From the NCBI GenBank assembly GCA_963514005.1, contig OY740814.1, positions 13,206,001 through 13,270,000 on the forward strand: a stretch of DNA of 64,000 nucleotides. Direction: 5' to 3'. Numbering within the stretch: position 1 is the stretch's first letter; every line of letters begins with the position of its first letter. The notes beneath the pieces are model-generated. The model worked only from the letters and a program-made list of their open reading frames with translations, was not told the origin of the DNA and ran no database searches. Below are positions 13,805-27,029 of the stretch, piece by piece. Position numbers and translations under genes: made by a program. The DNA is from Raja brachyura. Its lineage: Eukaryota.

Positions 13805-13843
13805 ATGAAGCTGGCGGCGGTCACGGTTCTCGTCTCCGTCTGA
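13805..13843 (+). other. Upstream ORF MKLAAVTVLVSV-UGA, in frame with the SECISBP2L start
   Basis: caacATGa at 13805 (A at -3), TGA at 13841-13843, then 11 sense codons to ATG 13877 (offset 72 nt). Whether it lies within the transcript depends on the unknown TSS. Confidence 0.55.
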
Positions 13844-13876
13844 CAGCGCCTGGCCGCCGTGGGTCGGGTAGCGGGC

Positions 13877-13900
13877 ATGGAGAAGGGAGAGGCGGCTAAG
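13877..13900 (+). CDS. SECISBP2L: SECISBP2L exon 1 (MEKGEAAK)
   Basis: Strong Kozak ggcATGg, 8 codons, donor AAG|gtgaga, phase 0 matching exon 2. Confidence 0.85.
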
Positions 13901-14128
13901 GTGAGACGCGGACCGGGCGTTCGTGCGGGCGGGCTCGGCTCCCGGGCCTGCAGCCCTGTACTGAGAGGAGGCCCGGACCCCGCCGGAGCGTTGCTCCCGC
14001 ACCCGAGGCCGGACGGCAGCCGGCTTCCCGGCAGTGGCGTCCCCTCCTCTCCCCTCTCCCCTCGCTGCTCACTGCCAGCCCGGGTCCACACTCGGGGGTC
14101 GCGGCGGCGTTTAGTCAGTAGTACAGAG

Positions 14129-14159
14129 CAAAGATACTAGCTCCGCTATAGGATCTTTG
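14129..14159. mobile_element. 31-bp palindromic mini-element with 8-bp TSD
   Basis: gtacagag at 14121-28 and 14160-67 flanks caaagatactag...ctataggatctttg (inverted termini). Confidence 0.75.
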
Positions 14160-17100
14160 GTACAGAGAGCGGCGACATGAACATCCCTCCGTTACAGCTG
14201 GAACTGTGGAGCAGCCCGGTCCAGTCCTTAAACCAAGGCGAGCACAGTTTGGATGGTCAACTGGGGAAAGCAACCAACAAAATAGTCGTCAAGTGTTTTA
14301 TTAATTCTCTGTTAACTGTCCAGTTGCATTGTAATACTAGCTTTGTACTTTCCATATCTGATCCTCTGGTGATAACGCAGCTTTTGCCTCGGGATCTTTT
14401 GTCAGTGGCACACTTAAAGAATGTGGCATAACCTGCGCTGCAGAAATTAGATCGTTAAGAATGCCCTGAGTAAAGGAATGAAAACTATGTAATGCTATCG
14501 AACTGATTCGAAGTTATGGGAGTAATTAAATTAAATTTATGATTAAACAAATGTTATTATAGAACATAAGACGTTCGCTGTTCCTCTAGGTAGGCGTTCT
14601 CCTTAATTGTTACAGATTCCAGCATCTGCAGGATATTGTGTTTTATGATTTAAATATTTACAATTCTGAATTTAAACTATAAAGACCTCAATGATTTTGC
14701 TGAACCTGAGAACATTTAAAAAGACAATTGCAATTCAATTGAAGCAAATGTGGTTTCCCTGATCATAATATGTAATATTTGAATTGTCCTCGGGTTTTTG
14801 ATACCATTTTAGTAGCTTTACACAATTTACTGGCCCAGTTAAAAATGTTGAAACAGCCTCTATACATGACTGTACCTTGTGGTGATTTTGTTTCTTGCTA
14901 TTTTTTAAGTTTAATATTTTCTTAGTAATTGCATTCTATATTTAAGTTAATTTATCAGGAATTCGTATAGTAATTCTACTTGATAGTATGGTCTGAAGTT
15001 CAAACTGAGAACATGGCAAGATTAGATCCTGATGGGTTAATTTGGGACTGTGGCTGCACGTTTGATCTAAAAACTGAAAGTCGCCATTCCCCACTATCCA
15101 TTTATCGACATTTTAGTAATTATTATTTCTTACTTCATACACACTTAATCAAACTATTGTGGATGGTGGCCAGATAGCAATATATATCTTATAGAGTAAT
15201 GCAAGTCATTTTTTAGAAAAAATATTTTTAAAATTATCTTAATTTCAATCTACCCTAGACCATAATTTTACTTAATTAAACTTATTTGTGAAACATAATC
15301 AAAACCAGTCCATAATTGCAATGTATTTATTAAAACAAAATTAATTTTTAAGTTGTGATTGTGGGTGTTGCAACAGAGGCTTGGGAAATTGACCTCTGAA
15401 CATTACACGTGAGCGGTCTTATCTCTAAATGTAAATTGGTTTTTGCACCAGATTTCAGATAACAGTTGTTAGTCCAGGTAATTGTGGCTGTCTTTGTAGC
15501 TTGGTATCTCAAATTAATCTTTGAAAGTTACTTGGTGCTCTTGATGGCTGACTTCTTGCAACAAACCACCCCATCTCCTCCTTGTTAAATTTTTGAATGT
15601 ATTGTTCCTATTTAAGCACTGTTTGAAATTGTCATTAAATGATATCTCAATAGCTAGAGATTACCTTTAAATTATTCCATACCTGCTAATCTTTGAGCAG
15701 CCTCTGTTTCCACGAAGCATTCTCTCAAGGTCCCTAATTACTTTTTAAAATGTGTGAGGAACAACAGTCATTCCTTTGTCTTTCTCATTGGCATAGTATT
15801 TTGATTATATTTCTCATGGGGGCAGGATCAACTTCCAATTGTTCTGTAAACACCGTCCAGTTGTATCTCTCTGGTTCCAAAAATACTTTTTATGGTCACT
15901 GAGCCAGAATTGCCTGTTGTGGGAAAATAAAGCCTCTGTTTTCCTTACATAGATCCAGTCTACTTGCTTGGCTGCTAGAATTAATGAGATAGAATGAAGC
16001 CTCAGATTGTCCAGTTCAGAACTGTGCTTAAAATGGTACATCGCAAAAATTAACTTTGTGGTTCATAGCATAATGTATTTCCAACTCAAGTTTGACCTAG
16101 CAATAAAACACATATTCTTTTACTATCCCAATAGGATGGATATCAGTTGAAAGATTAGTTGTGCTTGTGGTAAAAGCAAATTATTTGAAGGGGGACTTAA
16201 TTTTTCACATGTATTGGGATGAACAGGAATGTTAATCAGATAGCTTTAGAATTCCTTGAATACATTAAAGTTGGATTACTGGAGTGATATATTTTGGAAC
16301 CTACAAGGGAATAACCCATAATATACTATGTAAGTAATAGACCAAAAGAATAAGGAAGTGCATATATAGCTAAGCATATTACATTCAATGTTAATTTTAT
16401 GAAGAAATAACTGAGTTTCTAAATGGTGATTGAGCTCCTTTTAAAACGATGAGAAGGAGACTGACAGCAAAGTTTTTCATCTATATCGTAGAATATGTGA
16501 GAATAATAAACCAATATCAAATTGGGCAAAACCTGTAAAGTTAAATCAGAAATGGATAGTTGCACATGTTCAAAAGGAATTGAATATAGAATCGGCATGT
16601 ACTCATTGGGGGCAAGGGGCTCGACTCACTAAAATTAAGAAAGGAGAATTACTGAGATTGTTTCCACACCAGGATTAAAAGTTATTTCAGCTGCACTCGG
16701 TACAGGATTTATTTTTATAGATTGAGGAAAGATGCAGATGCTAAATTTCCACATGAAAAAGCTGTTTGCTCAAAATTAGTCCTCTTAAAATTGAAGGCAA
16801 AATTATTGTGTTGCGTAATGATTAGTTGGTCAGTAGATGATGGAGAGCGTGGACAATGCAACATTGAAACCAAGCTGCAGGTGGTGTCCAATTGGATTCT
16901 ACACTTGGTTCTCAAAAATTCTCAATAACCTTTCTTCTTTGGTAATGCAAATAATTTGGCCGTGTGTCCCGGTTTGCTAAATGTAGCTCGGAAAATAAAA
17001 TCTGAGAAATTGATTATTATTGAATTAATAATCGAATAATTTAGGGGAATTAGATTTTGATGCAGATTTAAATCTGAGGTAATTTATTTTGAAACTAACA

Positions 17101-18319
17101 ATAAGGAAGCATCCCTGCATTTTCAAATGGTGAAAATCTAGAGATGATGGAAATCCTAATGTAATAGTTGGGGGGGAATAAAATGAAATAAATAATTTAA
17201 TTTCAAAGGATTATATGTTACACTGGTGAAGAAACCACTGGCTAGAACAAGTCTGGAACCATATTTCATACTGATCATCTCTCCTTGAAAGATCTGTTAG
17301 CTGCGAGTGCACTTTTACTAGGTTCAAGTGGTCGTGTTTTCATAAGAAATTTAATTAACCAGGCTGCATTTTTCTGAGATATGAGGGTTGATTTGTTTAT
17401 TTCTGGGATTTTATATGGATTTAGTAAGGTACATAGAAATAAACGTTCCACTAGTGGGTGATTTTAGAACTAGATGACACTTCATTAAAATTACACGGGT
17501 CGTTCAGATGTTCAGAAATGTTTCTTTTTTAAAGTTAGATGCAACTCTGTCCAAAGCAGTTAATGTTATCTGAAATAATTTTAAATCTGTGCTTCTAAAC
17601 AATAGTTTCTGTTCCTTGAGTATTAAGGAATCATAGAACATTGGGATGAGGGTGGCCCTGACTTGAGGTGCTCACATTTAGAGAGAGCCCAGAAACATTT
17701 AGAGAGTCCCCAATCCACTGAGCTAATTTCAACACTATTACAATCCTATTCCATTCTCATTGTAGACCCCTCCTTTACACCAGGGACAATCTGCAACAGC
17801 CAGTTATCCCACCTATTTACATGCCCCCAGGCTTTGGAAGGAAACCTGTGCCTGCAGTGGGGAAATCCATGAGGCCATGGGGAGAATGAGCAAACCCCAG
17901 ATAACGAACGCTGGAGGTCGGGACCAAATCTGGAATGCCAATGCTTTTAAAAAATGCTTGTCCATGCGTAAAAATTGCTCTGAGGCTCCATCCTGCTTCC
18001 GCAGCGTTCTACATTATCTTCTGCAAATTCTTTTTGCAAGTGGCAAATAGGGTCAGGAAAGCGAGATGCAGAGCTCATCATTTTCATAAACTCTCTGATT
18101 CTGTCATTGAGCATTTAGATTAAAAACATGTATGTCTCTCAGTTTTGTTTTAAAGGAGTTGATGGCTATGAGTAGTGGCATGAGATGTGACATTAACTGG
18201 ACATTTCTCAGTATTCACCAAGGTAGAGTATTCACCAACGAAGGGGTAAACTGATATTTTGAACCATGTCTGTATCAGGAAGGTGGAAGAGCTTTAAATA
18301 TATGGATGGATATTAAGAT

Positions 18320-19270
18320 GGTCGTATCTCCAAGGATCTAATCTGCGATTTTGCAGGAAGCAAGAAGATTGCTGGGCCCCTTACAGGGATTTTTGTCAGC
18401 CTCTGGTGATGTGCCAGAAGACTGGAAGATAGCTAATGTTGTCCTCTTATTCACAAAGGGCAATGCGATAAGCCAGGAAGCTTCAGGTTGGTGATCCTGG
18501 CATCAATAGTAGGGAGATTATTGTATTTGTGGACACTTGGAAAGGCATGATCTGATTAGGAGTCGGCATTGTTTTGTGCAGCAGAGATCGTATCTCGTAA
18601 ATGAGCTTGGGATTTTTGAGATGTTAAGTAAAAACATTGATGAAGGCAGAATGGTCATTATGGTTTACATAGACTTTCATATGGCTTTTGGCATGTTCCT
18701 TACAGGTAGGTGGGTCCAGACAGTGAAAGGACATGGAATTCAAGGTGTGTTAGCAAATTGACCCAAATGGGGTTGGTGACAACATGCAGAGAACAGCGGT
18801 GGAGGTTGTTTTTCTGCCTGAAAGTCTGTAACCAGTGAGATACCGCTGGGACTTTTGTTGTTTGTCAACACAAAAATTGATGGAATCATAAATAGCAAAG
18901 AAGGTTATTGAAGGATACAGAGAAACATAAAACAGCTGTGAAGTTGGGCAGAGTGGTGACAAAGGGAATTTAATCTAGACATGAGTGAGTTAATGCATTT
19001 TGAGATGGCACGGTCATGAGGTGGGTCTGCATTCATAATTCTCTGAAATTGGTGTCGCTGGTGAATTAAGGATTGTAGAAGGCATTTTGACATGCTTGCC
19101 TTCATAGACTGAGACATTGAGCATGAGAGTTGTATTGCAGCTGTGCAAAACATTAGTGAGGCTGCACTGGACCTATTATGTATTGTTCTGGTTGACATAC
19201 AATAGAAAGGATGTGGTAGAACATAGGGAGTCCAGATGAGATTCTCCAGATGTTGCCTGGAATATAGTGA
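18320..19270 (+). mobile_element. Degenerate CR1 LINE fragment
   Basis: VPEDWKIANVV-like and VYIDF..AF motifs (ORF 18537..18761). Confidence 0.8.
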
Positions 19271-19674
19271 TTTACTTCCAAACTGAAAATAGATAGGCTG
19301 AAATATGTTGCAATCCCTTTGACTGAATGTTGATTTTAAATAACCAGCCTTTCCAGAACTATGAAAAAACAAGGAATAGTCGATGCTGGTTTACAAAAAA
19401 AGCCGCAAATTGCTGGAGTAACCCAGTCTGAAGAAAGTACTCGACCCAAAACGTCACCCATCCATGTTCTCCAGAGATACTTCCCAATCTGCTGAGTTAT
19501 TCCAGCATTTCTTTTGTCAGAAGTAGCCAGTTCTGATTAGGTTCATCAACTTGTAATGTTTACTTGGTTTCTCTGTCTCAGTTAATGGTGCTTGAGCTGC
19601 TAAAATACTCTTTCATTTCAGATTTGCAGTAAGTGTTATGTTCTGTACACCTCAGTTGTTTTCATTAAGAGTTA

Positions 19675-20252
19675 AGGGCCTGTCCCACCAGCATGCAACT
19701 CCATGCGATAAGCGCGACCTAACGTGGTCGCTTGAGCCGTCCGGCGTCGCGGGGCCAGTCCCACTTCGATCGCCGGAGCCGTGCGGAATTGTGCGGAGTT
19801 CGTCCCAACCGCACGGGGCTCCGAAAAACTGACCATGTTCAAAAATTCTGCGCGGCAACGGCTTGTCGGCTTACTGTCGCCTTGACGCATTACGCATCGC
19901 CTCGACATCGTGCCTCCGTGAACCTATCTGTAGGTGCCTCCGTGACCCTCTGTGTGTGTGGCTCCGTGACCCTCTCTGTGTGTGCCTCTGTGCCCCTCTC
20001 TGTGTGTCCCTCTCCGTCCTGGCGAACTTACCTTTAAGACTTCGCTCCAAGTTCGCCTCACTTTGCGCTGCGTTGCGCCATTCACCGACCTCCGCGCGGC
20101 CCCTGCTGCCGGTTTGGTCGTGCTTGCCGCATGCAGGCGCATGCTGGTGGGACGGCGGGCCCTGTACGGGGATCACCCGACCTCCGCACGGCCCCCGCTG
20201 CCAGTTTGGTCGCGCTCACCGCATGGAATCGCATGCTGGTGGGACAGGCCCT
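19675..20252. mobile_element. PIF/Harbinger-type MITE, CpG-rich
   Basis: TIRs agggcctgtcccaccagcatgc / gcatgctggtgggacaggccct; TTA TSDs at 19672-74 and 20253-55; internal short tandem repeat at ~19935-20015. Confidence 0.88.
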
Positions 20253-20643
20253 TTAGGAATTTCACTAAAACATTTATTTGTTAGAAGAATTTAATTATGT
20301 GTATTTGTACCCAGTATGTGGATTGATATAAAGACATCAGTTCAACTTGCTGGCCTTGGACAGAAATGTTTCATTTTCTGTTAAAGGTTAAGATTCCCAC
20401 TGAATTGAAACACATTGTCTTTTTAATGCAGATATTACATATGTGGTGACCTTTTGCAAAGTGTAATGATAATATCACAAATGGTGTCTCAATGTGCAAG
20501 TATTTGCAACTGCTGTTTTCGTGCCAAGTTGAAGGTTAACAGAGCCTTCAGGTTAAACTATAATGTGATATGTGTTTGAAAATAATTCCTATTGGCTGCA
20601 CTTAAAATTCTGTAATGGCGACTGTAATACATTACGTATGTAT

Positions 20644-22260
20644 TAGACAATAGGTGCAGGAGTAGGCCATTTGGCCCTTCGAGCCAGCACCGCCATTCAA
20701 TGTGATCATGGTTGATCATCCCCAATCAGTACTCCGTTCCTACCTTCTCCCCATATCCCCTGACTCCAGAGAACCTGTCTCCATCGCCCTCTGAGGCAGA
20801 GAATTCCACAGACTCGCCACTCTCTGTGAGAAAAAGTGTTCCCTCGTCTCCATTCTAAATGGCCTACTCCTTAATCTCAAACTGTGGCCCCTGGTTCTGG
20901 ACTCCCCCAACATCGGGAACATGTTTCCTGCCTCTAGTGTGTCCAAGCCTTTAACAATCTTATTTGTTTCAATGAGATCCCTTCTCATCCTCCTAAACTC
21001 CAGAGTGTACAAGCCATTCTCTCGGCATATGACAGTCCCGCCATCCTGGGAATTAACCTTGTAAACCTACGCTGCACTCCCTCAATAGCAAGAATGTCCT
21101 TCCTCAAATTAGGGGACCAAAACTGCACACAATACTCAAGGTGTGGTCTCACTAGGGCTCTGTACAACTGCAGAAGGACCTCTTTGCTCCTATATTCGAT
21201 TCCTCTTGTTATAAAGGCCAACATGCCATTCGCTTTCTTCACTGCCTGCTGTACCTGCATGCTTACTTTCATAGACTGATGTACAAGGGCCCCCAGATCC
21301 CGTTGTACTTCCCCTTTTCCCAACTTGACGCCATTTAGATAGTAATCTCCCTTCCTGTTTTTGCTACCAAAATGGATAACCTCACATTTATCCGCATTAA
21401 ACTTCATCTGCCATGCATCTGCCCACTCCCCCAACCTGTCCAAGACGCCCTGCATTCTCATAGCATCCTCCTCACAGTTCACACTACCACCCAGCTTTGT
21501 GTCATCTGCAAATTTGCTAATGTTACTTTGAATCCCTTCATCCAAATCATTGATGTATGTTGTAAATAGCTGCGGTCTCAGCACCGAGCCTTGCGGTACC
21601 CCACTAGTCACTGCCTGCCATTCTGAAAGGGACCCGTTAATCCCTGCTCTTTGTTTCCTGTCAGCCAACCACTTCTCTATCCATGTCTGCACTCTACCCC
21701 CAATACCATGTGCCTTAATTTTGCCCGCTAATCTCCTATGTGAGACCTTATCAAATGCTTTCTGAAAGCCCAGGTACACTACATCCACTGGCTCTCCCTT
21801 GTCCATTTTCCTAGTTACTTCTTCAAAAAATTCCAGAAGATTAGTTAAGCATGATTTCCCCTTCGTAGATGCTTGCTGACTCGGACCGATCCTGTTACTG
21901 CTATCCAAATGTACGGCAACTCACCTTTTATATCCAGCATCTTCCCCACCACCGATGTCAGGCTAACAGTGGGATAACATTAGCTACCCTCCAATCCACA
22001 GGAATTGATCCTGAGTCTATAGAACATTGGAAAATTATCACCAATGCATCCACGATTTCTAGAGCCACTTCCTTAAGTACCCTGGGATGCAGACCATCAG
22101 GCCCTGGGGATTTATCAGCCTTCAGTCCCATCAGTCTATCCAACACCATTTCCTGCCTAATGTGGATTTCCTCTGTCACCCCAGATCCCATGGCCACTAC
22201 TATATCAGGAAGATTGTTTGTGTCCTCCTTAGTGAAGACAGATCCAAAGTACCTGTTCAC
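20644..22260 (-). mobile_element. CR1 LINE, 5'-truncated, RT region and 3' end
   Basis: ORFs 21958..22260, 20985..21908 and 20740..21012 contain KSPGPDGLHPRVLKE, FQKAFDKV, SGVPQGSVL, KFADDTKL, YCVQFWSP and RTRGHSL; internal deletions and frameshifts. Confidence 0.95.
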
Positions 22261-23990
22261 TTTGAATTACTTTGAATTTAGATCAGCAAGATGCTTTCTT
22301 ATGGCACTTGGATGTCTGCACTTTACAGGTTGTATTGTACCAAACAGCTAAACAAGAGAAAGAATGTTGAAAGAATAAGAATGGTGTGCAAAAAACATTT
22401 CATCAGCAGATCTATAATCACTTGTTTGCGCTATTTAAACATAATTCATTCAGAACTTAATTTGATAGTCGTATTGTTTTGATCATTGATAAACATTCAA
22501 GTTGTTTGAAAAGGCTTCAAAATTTTGATTTTGATATCTTAACTAAGATTAAAGACTTTTGGAGACTAATTGGCCGCGCATCAAATCTGATGTTCCTGAA
22601 TTCCACATCTTCATAATTTAATTTATTCTTTTTATTGTGAAGTCGGGATGTAGTAAAAATTGTTAGAACACATCTTTCAGCATTTGTTTTTGCAGCCCAA
22701 GCTAAGGCAAATGTTACTGATATGTGATAAGTATTTAATGAATGGGTGTTTTTGGTGATAGGCAGTGCAATGTATGGTGAACACTGTCATATTCATTGAG
22801 TCATCCAACTGCACTTGGAGTTCAGCTGCACACTTCATTTTATTTTCCTTTTTAATTTCTTATTTTTTGCCACGTTGGCACCAAACTTTAACTAACGACG
22901 TACATGAATAGATTTGGAGGCAAGTGACTGTAGATGTTGCAAAATTTGGAGCAATAAACTAATTGCTGAAGGGACTCGGTGAGTTGTGCAGCAACTATGG
23001 TGACGAAGGGATGGTCGACATTTACGTCAAGTAAGGCTCACCACTGTGTAACGCTCACTTTTCTCATGCAGTTTTTGTTCCTGCTAATCTTATAGGAACT
23101 GAGAACTAAACGCATTGTTGTTTCAGGATGGTACTTGGCCCATCATTGCACTCATCGGCCCCTGTCCTACCATCCTCATTGGTCGCACAATGGTCATTTC
23201 ACTGTGGTACAAACATGTCTTTCTTTAACAGTATATCCATTAATAAACATAAAGGAGTTTTCATGAAATGAACAGACCTAGCTTTACCCATTGTCCTTTT
23301 TTCTTTTATATCTTTGTTCTGTTCATCTGCTAAAGTCTTCAGTGCTTAAATACAGTACAATTGGCCTTTTTCAGTTTTGTTTTGCATGTGCTATAAAACA
23401 AATTCTTAAATTTTCGTAATCTTTGTGGTATACGCAAGCAATATAGGACTAATGGTGAAGTGGCTTCAACTGTTAATATTTAGATTGCATTATTTTATTT
23501 AAAATCTGAGTTTTAATTGATGTGGTGTATATGTGTATTTTAGCTCATTTCTATTGTTAAAATCAGATCTTTAACAATACTTGAAATCTATCTTCACCCT
23601 CATGTCCAGCAGGACTTATCATCTGCCTAATCACTTCCTTATCTTTTTCCACCTATCACCCACCAGCCTCCATCTCTGAACTTTTCTCTCTTCCCCCCCC
23701 CCCCCCGTTTGTGCTCCATCTGCCCATCTTTCTTTGGCTTCCCGGGTTTCCTCACCCTCTTCCTCCCTCTCACCTCCTCACATTGGTTATTTTCCCTCTA
23801 CATTATCTATCCCGTTGCAAAATCTCGACCATATACATCGACCATCCCATTGGAGGCTGTTAAGTTCCTCCAGCAATTTTTTTTTTTTTAATTTGCTTCA
23901 GATTTCAATGTCTGCATTCTCTTGAGTCTTAAATGGAACCTTATTTATTTTAAAGATGAAAGGTTTATTTGTCTACCGCTCATTAATCTT

Positions 23991-24113
23991 TAAGAAAGAA
24001 CTGCAGATGCTGGAAAAATCGAAGGTAGATCGAATGTAGAAAAAAGCTGGAGAAACTCAGCATCTATGGAGCGAAGGAATAGGCAATGTTTCGGGTTGAG
24101 ACCCTTCCTCAGA
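23991..24113 (-). repeat. Same family, single arm, with the best-preserved hammerhead-like core
   Basis: 12-bp TSD ctcattaatctt at 23979-90 and 24114-25; minus strand ctgaggaagggtctcaacccgaaacatt. Confidence 0.8.
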
Positions 24114-27029
24114 CTCATTAATCTTGTTATTTTTGTGGCCTGGAGCTAATTTCGATTGCAATAATTTATTTCAAACAATTCAAATGCCTGAAATGTTTTG
24201 ACTTTGAAGCAAGTGGGAGGCAAGTGTCACACATTAGACTTGGAATTTATTCCATTGGGGAGTAAGAAACAACAGACCACTATCTGGAGGTCCAACCCAT
24301 GAGTGGGCTGAATATTGTTTTCATTCTACATTGCAAATGTAGGTCACAATATTTTAAGTTGAATATTAGATTTTATGTATTGGATAGTAAAGCACTTCCA
24401 ATGAAATCAAATGAATTGGAATAAGTGTATAATTTTTCATATCCAGTTGCACATTTCCTGACAGACAGGGTCAAAATCCTATGATTTTCTGATCTAGATA
24501 GATTTGTCTGCTTACAGTATCTTCCAGGATCCAGATTCACCAGGACATACACAAAGAGCATGCAAATAGATCCAAGAGATGCATAGAACAGAGTGAGCAT
24601 TATATTATGGGATAAAAAAACGGGTTTGGCTAAGCTTGCATTTACAACTATTTAACGCCACCCAATAAATTTGTGTTCCAGATTCAGCATTGACGGTCTC
24701 TTTTGTCTTCCTAATAATTTGAGTATCTAATTTCTGTGATTGCAAAAAAATCTAAAGCTGCATTGGATATGACTTGAAAACTTACTTTCCTTTTATTATA
24801 AAAACATTAAATGTTAGAAATACTAAGTAGGTCAAAAATACAAATTGGGTTATTGTTTGGGTCAAAGACCCTTACTCAGAACTAAGTGAAGAAAAAACAA
24901 GTCTGAAGAAGAGTCCCAGCCAGAAATATTGTCCATGCATTGCCTCCCCAGATGTGCTGCCTGACCTGCTGGGTTCCGCCAGCATATTAATTTTTGCAAA
25001 AGGAGAAAATAGTTGAAGTTGCATAGAGCTTGGGAGCAGAATTGGGATGATGAGGAATATGTTTGAAGTGTGGCAGGGTTGCTTTGAGAATAAGCTGAAA
25101 ACAATGTTATTTAATCAATGGGTTTATGGGGGCAGCTGTCAATCGGACTCGGTGACTGTTATGCCCACCACGTCCACGTCAACTTTTATATCCAACTACA
25201 CTAACCCCATTTGCCCGCATTATGTCAATGGTCTTGTATGCCTTGCCTATTTAATGCTGCACTCCATTTTGCTATCTTTTTAAAATGGCTATCTCGATGT
25301 AGAATAATGCTTTCAAACGCTTTGTTAAGCTGTTTTGGTGCAACTCCTCATCTGATCTTCATGGCTCAGGCTCCAACAGATTTTCATTTGTAAGTTGCTT
25401 GCATGAAGTTCTAATATCCCTTTCACATTATGCTGATCTACTTCAGGGTGTCTATGTAGAAGCCATTCATGCTTAGGCTAGTTCCTTTCAGCATATTTTA
25501 TTACTTTGTCTAGATATTTCTTGCAAAATTATTCTGAACACTTGGAGGTGGGCTTTTGATACGTAGATGAACGTTACGTGTAGCGAAACCACAGGGTGTG
25601 GTCAAATCAGACTGGAGCGGGCACGGTAGAAAGAATACAGTTTTTACCAGATCAGATAGTAAGAAGGGAAAGCTACAATTTGTATATAAATAAAGAGAAT
25701 CTGGTATGTTCACTTCTTTGTACAACTACTTCAACAAAGATTCAATTAAACTAGAAAGAACGACTGGAGGATTTGTTTTTGTTATTGTCTGCGTAAGTTC
25801 TACTCCTCCCCGCCTGTGTAGTAATGGCAATGAAAAGCTGAAGCTTGGAAAAGTTTGAAATTTCCTATACAGTCTACATATTACTTTTAGCAAAATTGTA
25901 AGCTGCTTATCTAATATTGCCTTTCGCCACCTTAGTTAATTACCATTGGATCAATTTTGTAAAATTGTAATGGTGTTACTTCACCGAGAATATTGAAATT
26001 TTGAAATGCTTATCTTCTGGCAAATGTTATAATCTATCTTCCCCATCAAATTTAGCTAAATCATCCCATCTATCCCAACATAATTGGCTTTATTTCTGTT
26101 CAAGACTTTTTAGCTCGGGCTGAGACAATTCTGAGATTATTTGTTTTCATTGTATTGAATACGACTTGTACGTTGACCAGGCTATCAGGCAAAATCCACT
26201 CATCTTTCCAATGCGTCCTTAGATTATTCTTATCTGAGAAACCAAAACATGCCGCTCATTTTGTAATCATCTAAAATATTCATTAATAGCTGTCAATGTT
26301 ACAAAAATTTCTGTGTGTACAACAAGGTTTTTCTTCAAACCAGTTTGAAAAAACATGAACTTACAAGTTACTTTGTAATAGTGCAAAACTATCATATCAG
26401 AAAACACTAATATTTTATTTTTGCTTTATTTACAGAAACTAGTATTCCAGTCTGCCATCATGTGCTAAAATATAGTGAAATAGCCAACTTGATAATAGGA
26501 AGCTGGAAGGATTGTTTTGTAATAGCAGGTAAAATATTATTTAGTTCCCCAAGACTATGTCACTGGTCTTATTCCTTACACATTACCCAGTTTATGCAAA
26601 AGTACATAATTAAAAAATTGTTACATTTATAATGTTTAATGAAATATCACATTGATGAATTTTATTGTAGGTGAAAGGTATATAAAATTATTGTTGCTGT
26701 TATTTTAATCGCCCTAATATATTCAGTTGTTTTGTTGTATTGCTATTTTACAGTGCATGATAGCAGGAAATTTATTTTGCAACTTTGGTCCATTCCAGTC
26801 TACAATCACATTTTCCACTAATATATGATGTACAATGGCTAATAGCAAACATTTGTTGTAATTTCTTAGTTAATGGAACAGCAGGTTTTTTCCATCCAAA
26901 ATATCTGAAGTTAATTTGGAGAGACATTTTTTAAATAAAATTACTGTCAATTTCTATTCCAATAAAAAGCATTGTTGTTTCATAGAACAATGACCAATGA
27001 ATAACAGAGCAGAGGAACAGGAACTTTGA

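Larger units (their letters stand above)
13530..14180. promoter_or_regulatory. CpG island / promoter and first exon of SECISBP2L
   Basis: Sharp rise in GC and CpG content against an AT-rich background; GC box GGGGCGGGG at 13745-13753; contains the start ATG and first splice donor. Confidence 0.88.

Noticed and set aside
13462-14140. Several overlapping ORFs in the CpG island as a divergent gene
   Set aside because: Arg/Pro/Gly-rich products expected from stop-poor GC-rich DNA; no recognisable protein.
19638-20294. ORF cluster as a protein-coding gene
   Set aside because: All lie within a GC-rich MITE with internal tandem repeats.
20985-21908. Intact or domesticated reverse transcriptase gene
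   Set aside because: 5'-truncated CR1 with internal deletions and frameshifts.
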